A DNA stretch of 64,000 bases from Leptolyngbyaceae cyanobacterium (lineage in GTDB: Bacteria; Cyanobacteriota; Cyanobacteriia; Phormidesmidales; Phormidesmidaceae): assembly GCA_965263355.1 (NCBI GenBank), contig CBDHHL010000032.1, positions 480,001 to 544,000 on the forward strand, given 5' to 3'. Each line of letters begins with the position of its first letter. The stretch's first letter is position 1. The notes under the pieces are model-generated. The model searched no databases, was not told the DNA's origin, and worked only from the letters and a program-made list of their open reading frames with translations. Below, one piece after another: positions 10,156 through 18,486 of this stretch. The position numbers and the translations under genes were made by a program.

Positions 10156-11263
10156 GACTCTTCCCCGCAGCAACTTTTTGGAACTTTAATGCCAGCCACT
10201 TTGCCCCACCATAACAGTCACAGAACCGTAACTGATCGATGTCTGCTTCTATCTCTAGATTGGCGGCGACTTCGTCCTGCAAATCTTCCAACCAGTTAAC
10301 GGTACAAAAGGTAGAGCGCTCTTCAAAGTATTCTTCTAACTCGTCCTCTAACTGGCTGGCTGTTCCACCACTAATCAGAACTTCATAGTTAGGCACACTA
10401 ACTGACGCTAGCCATTCATTCAGGCGATATTTCACTAGCTCCCAATAGTAGGCGGTGGCTTTTTCCTTACGGTCTGCTAGGGGATACGCTTTTTTAGGAC
10501 GATTGGGAAAGACGACTCGAGCTGAATTGTTGATCAAGGCATCATAGAGAAATGGATCGTCTGAATTGCAAGGCAGATCTTGGGCAACGGCTTTTAACAG
10601 TTGCTGATAGCCAAGGCGTTCAGTACTACTGGGTTCTCCCTGGGGCGGACGGCCACCGTTAAATAGCAAAAAACTCAGATCTCTATGGCCAAACATCAGC
10701 ACGACAAAGGTCTGTTTAGAGCGTTCTTTTTGTTGCGATCGCTGCACCTTGCGCCACTGTACTAAACCCGCCGCCTCAGGTAACACTTTCACATGGCCAA
10801 AGTCTAGAAAAATATCCCGACCGCGATAGGTAAACATCTTATGGCCCAGAATTTCATTGGTAAGGGCCTTATAGTCCGTCAGGTATTCATTAAACGGGAG
10901 GGCAATACCCACATCCAATGTCAGCCGTTCCAAATCATGCTGATGGGCAAACTCACCAATCACCCCCAGTGCCCGAATATGGGCCAGAGCACTTTTGGGT
11001 AAACTGCTGGTGGCCTTATTAGGGCGACCTTGAGCGTCGATACCCAAGGCGTAAGCCGGGGTCTCTGGATCGAGCTGTAGATAGCCGACTGATTCTAGGC
11101 CAGAGCCTATTTGTTCACCCTGCGCTTCAATAATGGCTAGCTCAGAAGGGGGCATATCCGCCACTAGAGGAGGGCACTGATAGGCATAGAACCGTTCGCC
11201 GTTATTAAGGACGGCCTTTGTGCCAGAGCTACCTAAATCGATAAAACATTGATATTTGGCCAT
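10148..11263 (-). CDS. ParM/StbA-family actin-like ATPase
   Basis: IDLGSSGTK (phosphate 1), VLPEAAG (connect 1), MFGHRD (phosphate 2 variant), ISGGTA (adenosine), RFCDCYG. Confidence 0.85.
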   Translation of the reverse strand: MAKYQCFIDLGSSGTKAVLNNGERFYAYQCPPLVADMPPSELAIIEAQGEQIGSGLESVGYLQLDPETPAYALGIDAQGRPNKATSSLPKSALAHIRALGVIGEFAHQHDLERLTLDVGIALPFNEYLTDYKALTNEILGHKMFTYRGRDIFLDFGHVKVLPEAAGLVQWRKVQRSQQKERSKQTFVVLMFGHRDLSFLLFNGGRPPQGEPSSTERLGYQQLLKAVAQDLPCNSDDPFLYDALINNSARVVFPNRPKKAYPLADRKEKATAYYWELVKYRLNEWLASVSVPNYEVLISGGTASQLEDELEEYFEERSTFCTVNWLEDLQDEVAANLEIEADIDQLRFCDCYGGAKWLALKFQKVAAGKSHG

Positions 11264-11786
11264 GGGGATATGGGCAGAAACTTGCCAGGTAGTACGTTAG
11301 TACGCTTATTCTAGTGAATATATTTTAGTTCAACAGTGGCTGGCAATATATGGCAAACGATACGTTTGTTGGTAGCTTTCCCAAGCATGCCTACATATCG
11401 TTAATGGCCAGCAAAACCAAGTGAAACACTAACAGGAATTGACTAGATCCAGACAATTATAGATTCAGACACTACATATAGCGCTTGATTTGATATTGGA
11501 CTACTAAAGGGCACTATGATAACGTCCAAACGTAGTTTTGTGAAGTAATTTTTTGTGTAGTCGTCATCTAAGTGGATTAAGTGGAGTCAAATTCAGTTGG
11601 CTGAACGTAGTCGAAGCCAGCTGCTTTTCTGCTTTATGTTAGGTAGTAGCCCCTAAGCGGTGAGTTGTAATGGATCCGACTGCATAACAGACGCTTTTAG
11701 CAAAATGGCATGACCTATCAGCGGATCGACAGCAGGCCGTATTGGATTTTGTGGAGATGCTCCACCAGCAGCAGTTTGTGAAAGCG

Positions 11787-12211
11787 ATGCCCCAACCAAT
11801 GGCCCAGGCAAGTGCTCGTAAAACCGTGTCTGTACCAGAGTCTGAACGTCAGCGCATAATTGCCAGAGTCCAAGAGGCCTGGGCGCTGCGCCCCCAGATA
11901 CTAGAGCGGATGAAGATCAGGCAGGCGCAAAAATAGGAAGCAGCTCGTAAAACGGCTGAGGGATTGAAAAAGGATTTTGGTGTAACGCGCGTGGTATTGT
12001 TTGGCTCATTGCTGGACCACACACAGATGCATGATCGGTCGGATATTGACTTGGCAGTATGGAACTTACCCAATAATCAGTTATTTCAGGCGATGGCGGC
12101 AGTTAACTACATCCTTAGCCCCTATGATTTCCCACCGATTGATTTAGTCCCGATTGAGAAGGCTTATCCATTATTCGGCAGGTCATTGAGCTGGAAGGAG
12201 TAGAAATGTGA
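11787..12211 (+). pseudogene. MNT nucleotidyltransferase antitoxin, disrupted
   Basis: ORFs 11742 and 11964 are in one frame split by TAG at 11934-11936; LFGS...SDIDLAV; a 3' frameshift restores IRQVIELEGVEM*; no HEPN partner before the IS. Confidence 0.8.
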
Positions 12212-12293
12212 GCTACTGTGCGATGGTTGACCGAATCAGTGAGGCATATCATTTCAGTTCTTTTAGGACACTTGGCGTATCATTAGACTGAGC

Positions 12294-13284
12294 GGTAGTC
12301 CATTTTAGTAAAGGTCAGAGAAAATTAGGGGGTGAGCAGAGTCAATCAATCTCTCCCTAACCAATCGGTTGTACTCGTGGATGAAGGTCCAAATCGCACC
12401 ACTGTGGTTCTCCAGCTTATTCGAGAACGACAGTGGGTATCGCACCAGGCACGATACCCACTGTCGTAGCGTGTTGTTCAACCGCTCAATATAACTGGTT
12501 AATCCGCTATCTTTGTCCACCGCAAAGTGACGATTGCTTGGAATGATCGTTTCGTAAGCGTCCCAATGATCAGTGTAGACCTTGGCACACTGTCGGTAAA
12601 CACCGGGTAAGGATTGCCATAATTGCAGGACCGATGCCCGTGAACGGTCTCCGATATGACATCCCAGAATTTCTCTAAGTAGGTAGGCAAAATAACTTAC
12701 ACAAGAACTTTTCAAGGATGACACTTTTGAAAAGGCCCCCAACCCCCAATTCTGGGGGGCTTCGGAACTTAAAGTCCCCCAGAATTGGGGGATTTAGGAG
12801 GCTTCCAGGATTTTGAAATTAATTGTGCTCATCTATTTAGTATCTGCATCCGTCACCGGCCAGACCCACTGCTTATTGTCTTTGTCATCCAACAAACGAC
12901 CACAGTTCGTCTATCTGCACCGTCAGCTTGCCCTTGGGCTTAGGTACTACCGACGCACTTTCTTGGGAACCGTCGCATAGGTAGCGTTAACGTATGCTTG
13001 GAGCCATCGCTCTGAAACCTGGGTGACTCGGGCGATACCAGCCAATGGAATCTTCTCAAGCAGTAGCAAGTCGACCAAGCCAAAGGTGTCTTTATCTTTA
13101 GGTTTCCACTGAGGGTCTTCGACAAACTGTCGCCCTCAGTCCTTGCATTTGTAGTTCTGCTTGGCACGACGAGTCAGACCGTTTTTGATAATGTCATGGG
13201 AGCCGCAAGTCAGACACGTCATTCCCGTTTATTTGAGATCCTTTTGGGATTTTAAAGGCTAAGTCTGATATCTGATGCACCACT
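12294..13284 (-). mobile_element. IS1-family element, degenerate
   Basis: InsA-like MTCLTCGSHDIIKNG..KQNYKCKD* from ~13221; InsB-like YTDHWDAY, TSYIERLNNTLRQ; ends GGTAGTCC and GATGCACCACT; stops and an internal insertion. Confidence 0.9.
12676..12839. mobile_element. MITE-like insertion with TA duplication inside the IS1, carrying a GC-rich palindromic repeat
   Basis: TA-AGTAGGTAGGCAAAATAA ... TAATTGTGCTCATCTATT-TA; removal restores the transposase reading ADTREILG; internal CCCCCAATTCTGGGGG/CCCCCAGAATTGGGGG. Confidence 0.8.
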
Positions 13285-13328
13285 TACAAAAAGTTGTCAC
13301 AATGATAGCAACTGAATTTTACTTAACC

Positions 13329-13649
13329 TCAAGCAGCTAAAACCTTAGACTCAAATTCTTGTTGATCTATAAAAGTTTTAAAGACTCGATCCATTTTTGT
13401 TAGTTCAAAGATGATTTTGACCTGCTCTGTCAGGCCGCAAAGATAAATCTGCTTCCCTTTGGCTCGAACAAGTTTTAGCATAGCGACCATGGCACCAATA
13501 CCAGTACTGTTCATAAATGTCACCTGTTTCATATCTAACAGAAAAATATCAATATCCTGATGTAGTAAGTCACTTACTTGAAGCTTGAGTTCGTTAGTTG
13601 TAGCACCATCTAGAATGCCTGTTGGTTCAAGTTTTTTAAGGTTAGCCAT
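13329..13649 (-). CDS. STAS-domain anti-sigma factor antagonist (RsbV/SpoIIAA-like)
   Basis: G.LD, LDMKQVTFMNSTGIG (phosphoacceptor Ser retained), IFELTKMDRVF. Confidence 0.93.
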   Translation of the reverse strand: MANLKKLEPTGILDGATTNELKLQVSDLLHQDIDIFLLDMKQVTFMNSTGIGAMVAMLKLVRAKGKQIYLCGLTEQVKIIFELTKMDRVFKTFIDQQEFESKVLAA

Positions 13650-13803
13650 TGTCGAAAGGATCTCCTAAATTGCGACAGTAATGTACTGAAAGATATTAGG
13701 CTAGAAGCTGGGTGCCTCTGATTGTGGCACTTAGTTGTGTCGTAGGAACTACAAAAATACTTTTGGTGAATTTTGTAGAAAGAACGGCCTCAAAAGTTAT
13801 GGC

Positions 13804-16206
13804 TTAAGAGACTGTCTCGGGTTGCCAATAGGCTGCCCGGATAACAACCCAAAGTAACGCTAAGTGATAGCATCCCCATCCAACATTGACCAGGTATGTT
13901 AAGGGATCTGGCCATTGTCCTAAAATTAGCTGTATTAGTCCCCACAGCATACCTGCAATAGTAAGGGTAAAAACAATTAACTGTATGCGTACAAGCCCCC
14001 AAAACACCCCAGATTTTCGTTGCTTGGGTGTAACCTTAAATGAGACTTTTTTACCAGTCAAAACACTCCAAACAGCCTGAATTTGCAATGGAAAAAGAGC
14101 GATAGCATATTGTTCATTACGCCATATTTCTTGTTTGGGCACTTCCCATGCTGCAGCCAGTAAGTTAAGACGGTTAATCAGATAAGTTGGGGCAAAGTGT
14201 AGTATAAATGCTGGGCCATAACTAGTCACAGGGCTAAGCCCTGTAAAGAATGAAATAATTGGGCAGACTAAAAAGATAATTACAAAAAAGCCTGCAAAAT
14301 AGCTGTACATCGTCTGAAAATACTGAAGCCGTTGCCAGAATGTGAGACCTGACTTGAATAAAGGATTATCTCTGACTAGTACCTGTATGGTTCCTTGAGC
14401 CCAGCGTAATTTTTGGGTTAGCGTGGAACTGAGGTCGTCAGGGGCAAGTCCCTCTGCCAAAACTTCATGGTGATAAACAGATTGCCAGCCAGCTGAATGG
14501 AGGCGCATCGCTGTATTCATGTCTTCTGTAATACTAATGCTTGAGACTCCACCAATTAGATCAAATTCATCCAATCGGCTTTCATCAGCTGCAAAATCAT
14601 CAGCAAAATGCTGCAATCCCATACTCACCAACGCTTCTCGTCGTAAAATTGCATTAGTTCCGGTATAAAAGGCGGCATTCATGCCATCCTTAGCTTGTTG
14701 AATAGGGCCATAGAAAAAATGAGCGTCATGGCCAAAGGGATCACCTTTAGGTAAGTTGTAAAATGCCTGAGGAGTCTGCACAAAGGCAACTTTATTTAAC
14801 TCATAGCGCCCTTGATCCAAATTAAAGTGGAAAAAGTTAGGCAGTACCCGCTGCAAAAATTGCGGCTTAGGAATATGGTCTGCATCTAAAGTAACAATAA
14901 AGTCACCCTGGGTTTCACCACAGAAAATAGCATGGTTAATATTCCCTGCTTTAGCATGGTGAGGACGATCTTTAGGCTTTTTGCGGGCAATGTAGCGACA
15001 ACGAGCTAAATCACTTAAAGCAAAGGTTTTCTTATCAATTTGTGCCTCTAACTTACGAATATTTGCTTCCAGCATTGCAGTTGCAGTAGAGTTTTCTGAC
15101 TGACTGAGTAACAGCAGCTGTCGTAGGCTTTGTATGTGCCCTTGAGTTTGCCAAGATTTCGAGTCTTCTAAGGAATCCTTTGAAACAAATTTCTTAATCA
15201 TTATCAGACAGTTGCGATCATCGGGATCACGGACATATGCCAAATGATCTGCAAGCTGTCTCAAAATGCTGATGCCACGACCACGTTCTGCATCTTGATC
15301 AATTTCATCCGGTAGTGTTTGCAAATGTTTCTCAAAATCAAAGGGAGCACCTCGATCCCAAATTCGTATGATAATTGCGAAGTTAAGAATGACGACTTCT
15401 AAATCGATCGGAGTCTCTGATACCAGATGCTTGTGGGCATGACTGACTACATTATCGAATCCTTCACCTAATAAGGTTTGAGCTGAAAACCAAGCATCGT
15501 CAGGGATTATAGACTGTTTTAGGGTGCTAAACCAATCCATGATTGACTCTAATTCATTAAAATCGGTTTTCACTCGAATTTTTTGACAGCTGAGATTCTT
15601 TTCTACAGTTTCTAAATCCTGTCGTAGATACTGTATTTGCTCTAGACGGCTGCTTAAATAATAGCGTTCAGCCTCTATCTGTTCAGCTGTGAGCTGTAAG
15701 GCAGGTGACTTAAGGTCTAGAAGACAGAGTTGTTCTGCCATAGCTCGCATATCCGGAGAATTTCCATCATCCAGTATATAAATCCGCAGCTTATTGGCAG
15801 GATAGGCCATCTTTAAAGCCGATTCCGCCGTTTCTTTGACAATGTCAACGGGCTCACTATAACAAGTGATAAAAATATCAACAGTTGGATAGTTAGCTTT
15901 CGGTAACGTTGGGGTGAGTTGATCAAGGTTTTTGACCCGACGCTCAATCGGTCGCCATAGCCCAACTAAAAAAAGTACGCCGCCAACGAACATGTATACT
16001 TCAGCTAATACCAGCGGCACTGAAAACCAGAGAGCATCTGTATTGAGGGACTGAGTTAACCGCCACTGCAAATACCATGCACCAACAATTAGATTTACTA
16101 AAACCAAGTAACGAAAAAGTAAGGTGCGATCGCGCAAACGCACTTGGATATTGTTCATCAGTGGTTTCTGATCCAGCTGACTAATAAAGCTACTCATTAT
16201 CAACAA
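13804..16206 (-). CDS. Cellulose-synthase-like processive GT2 with inserted HATPase_c (RsbW/SpoIIAB-like) domain; no PilZ
   Basis: DDG, HAKAGN, DADH, QTPQ, TED, QKLRW, FKVTPK and TM helices. Insert aa ~208-340 has EGFDNVVSHA, IWDRGAPFD, ERGRGISIL. Protein ends just after the last TM. Confidence 0.92.
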   Translation of the reverse strand: MLIMSSFISQLDQKPLMNNIQVRLRDRTLLFRYLVLVNLIVGAWYLQWRLTQSLNTDALWFSVPLVLAEVYMFVGGVLFLVGLWRPIERRVKNLDQLTPTLPKANYPTVDIFITCYSEPVDIVKETAESALKMAYPANKLRIYILDDGNSPDMRAMAEQLCLLDLKSPALQLTAEQIEAERYYLSSRLEQIQYLRQDLETVEKNLSCQKIRVKTDFNELESIMDWFSTLKQSIIPDDAWFSAQTLLGEGFDNVVSHAHKHLVSETPIDLEVVILNFAIIIRIWDRGAPFDFEKHLQTLPDEIDQDAERGRGISILRQLADHLAYVRDPDDRNCLIMIKKFVSKDSLEDSKSWQTQGHIQSLRQLLLLSQSENSTATAMLEANIRKLEAQIDKKTFALSDLARCRYIARKKPKDRPHHAKAGNINHAIFCGETQGDFIVTLDADHIPKPQFLQRVLPNFFHFNLDQGRYELNKVAFVQTPQAFYNLPKGDPFGHDAHFFYGPIQQAKDGMNAAFYTGTNAILRREALVSMGLQHFADDFAADESRLDEFDLIGGVSSISITEDMNTAMRLHSAGWQSVYHHEVLAEGLAPDDLSSTLTQKLRWAQGTIQVLVRDNPLFKSGLTFWQRLQYFQTMYSYFAGFFVIIFLVCPIISFFTGLSPVTSYGPAFILHFAPTYLINRLNLLAAAWEVPKQEIWRNEQYAIALFPLQIQAVWSVLTGKKVSFKVTPKQRKSGVFWGLVRIQLIVFTLTIAGMLWGLIQLILGQWPDPLTYLVNVGWGCYHLALLWVVIRAAYWQPETVS

Positions 16207-16509
16207 AAAATAATTATGTAAGTGACTCTAGGTTCTCTAAATTAATTGCCTCTATATTTCCATGACTCTCAAGCTCTTGAATCACATTAAGATTGAAAGT
16301 CAATTCCTAGTAATGGCAGCAGTAGACGCCTAAGTTAACAATCATTTGTGGGGCAGTACTAATGAGTTTTCCCGTTAGTCTAAATGGATGAACAATATTA
16401 CTTTATTAACCCCTAGAACCATAATGTTTTATTATCTGATGAGGTTGTAGACATCATTATTAAGCCTTTTACTCAGAAGACTGGTACGCCCCATGAACAT
16501 GGGCAATGC

Positions 16510-18246
16510 TTAACCATTGTCACCGATCAATAAACCAATAAGTCCAATGAGCGAAGCATTATAGTCGATAGCATATTCATTCGTTGCATACGACTTCTCA
16601 TCATCTAAGTAACTCAATATACCTAAGCCTTTTGGAGCAATATTATCTTGAGCATCAGAATTCGGACCTCCAACGACTAGACCAGGAATCAGTAAGCCTT
16701 TAGCACGGGCAAATAGATGGTTTACATGACGTACTGGACGAGCCCCAATACCTGTCACAAAAGTTTGATTAAAAGGATTACGACCTAGTAAGAAATGAAG
16801 CTGATCTAACGCAGCAATTTGGTAACGCTGATCCTGACTAATCTGGTATGCATAGACTAGGGTAATCCCCTCTTCTGCTGCCAGTTTATTAGAGCCCCAG
16901 ATAAAACGATGATTGGCTAAGCGGTAACCGTTATTTTCGACCCTCGCTAGAATCTCATTAGCTCTTTCTAGTAACTTTTTGTCAATGATGGCTTGAAACT
17001 CTCGTGAAATAGGCTGCCGCTGCTGCAATCGGTAATCTACTAACGCTAACGGTGATAAATTTTTCCATTCAAATAAGGTATAGGGGATCTTGGGTAAATA
17101 GAGTTCTACATACTGTTGGTATTTTTTAGCTCCAGTTGAAATATAGAGTTCTGTAGCTGCCCAGAAACGGTCATCAATATCAGTGTTAAGACTCTCTTCT
17201 TGATCAATATCTGAACCCAAGTATTTTCCTGAACCGCTATCATCACTTTCGATCCAATCAACCTGCATAGTAGATTGATTCTCCAAGTATTGCCAGGCTA
17301 GGTTTGCAGCGGTTTGATATTGATTAGCAAGGTTAGAATCAAATGTTTCAAAGACTCGGGCGGCCATGGCCATGACACCAGCAAACTTACCTGTTTCAGG
17401 GGTAGAAATCCCATAGATATAACGAATTTGTCGATCTTCATCAGGTGCTAATCCAATGGGCCATTCTGTTCCAGAAAGTTTTCGATAGACACCCCCATCG
17501 GACCGCTGCATCCTTAACATCCAGTCCAGTCCAAATTTCATTTCATCTAGAATATCGGGAGTGCCGTTACCGCTTTCTGGAATTGTCAATTGTCTATCCC
17601 AAAATAGACTGGGATTTTGTTCATAAAGACTCAGAATACGGGCAATCGTTGTCGCAGTTGTGGCAACATACTTGCCATAATCTCCTGCATCATGCCAGCC
17701 TCCTGTTGCGTCGATTTGATCGCTTGCTTGGTGTAAGTCATCGGCACGAGCTAAGTTGTGATCGTATAAGTGACAAGGAGCGTGGTACAAACCTGTAATA
17801 GGATCGTCTAGAATGACGCCACAACGTTGTAAATAATAAGATCTTAGCAATGATATAAATGTTGCTTGGTATGCATTAGTAGAAATACTAAATGGAGCAG
17901 ACTCTACAGAACCTGCTCGGACTAAGTATTCTCCAGGTTGCCGGAAATCACTCAAGTCAACGGATTGCAAGTTATCTCCACTCAGATGATCAGCCTGTAC
18001 TACAGTAGGTGTATCTAGTTCACTTATCTGTCCATCAGTTAAGCTAACCAACTCCAGAGGGATACTCTTAGGAGCATTGGCTAAAAAGACAACTTTTGGC
18101 CATTGTGGATGATATCCCACTTGGTTTAATAATACTTTCATAGGAGATTTCGGAGACTGAGCTTGCCCTGAAAATTTTGTACTACAAGCAATAATTAGAA
18201 AAATTGCAATGGTTGTTAAAATTAGGAGTTTATAAATACGTTGCAT
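16510..18246 (-). CDS. GH9 endoglucanase, probable lipoprotein
   Basis: Lipobox IIAC; NQVGY Ig-like module; GGWHDAGDYGK; YLDDEKSYATNEYAIDYNA. Confidence 0.93.
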   Translation of the reverse strand: MQRIYKLLILTTIAIFLIIACSTKFSGQAQSPKSPMKVLLNQVGYHPQWPKVVFLANAPKSIPLELVSLTDGQISELDTPTVVQADHLSGDNLQSVDLSDFRQPGEYLVRAGSVESAPFSISTNAYQATFISLLRSYYLQRCGVILDDPITGLYHAPCHLYDHNLARADDLHQASDQIDATGGWHDAGDYGKYVATTATTIARILSLYEQNPSLFWDRQLTIPESGNGTPDILDEMKFGLDWMLRMQRSDGGVYRKLSGTEWPIGLAPDEDRQIRYIYGISTPETGKFAGVMAMAARVFETFDSNLANQYQTAANLAWQYLENQSTMQVDWIESDDSGSGKYLGSDIDQEESLNTDIDDRFWAATELYISTGAKKYQQYVELYLPKIPYTLFEWKNLSPLALVDYRLQQRQPISREFQAIIDKKLLERANEILARVENNGYRLANHRFIWGSNKLAAEEGITLVYAYQISQDQRYQIAALDQLHFLLGRNPFNQTFVTGIGARPVRHVNHLFARAKGLLIPGLVVGGPNSDAQDNIAPKGLGILSYLDDEKSYATNEYAIDYNASLIGLIGLLIGDNG

Positions 18247-18294
18247 AATCTTGGGAGTAAAGTATCGTCCTGAGACGCATTTGACTTGGTAAAT

Positions 18295-18460
18295 CCTGAC
18301 TTTTCCTGCTAAGTCCTATGACCGCCCAATATCAAGGATCTATAATCAGATTTTTCTCAATAAGGTTGATTTATTGAGAATAGCTCACGAGCTGATAGGG
18401 GTTTCACGTAGCGAAAATCGGGCAGATTTTTAGCTCCAAAAGATAACGGGAAAAGTCAGG
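18295..18460. mobile_element. 166-bp MITE with 17-bp TIRs and 6-bp target duplication
   Basis: CCTGACTTTTCCTGCTA ... TAACGGGAAAAGTCAGG (15/17 match), flanked both sides by GTAAAT (18289-18294, 18461-18466). Confidence 0.85.
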
Positions 18461-18486
18461 GTAAATCAATACATTTTACTGTGAAT

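Noticed and set aside
12305..12742. 145-aa ORF as an intact gene
   Set aside because: Its N-terminus derives from the inserted MITE; the rest is an IS1 transposase fragment.
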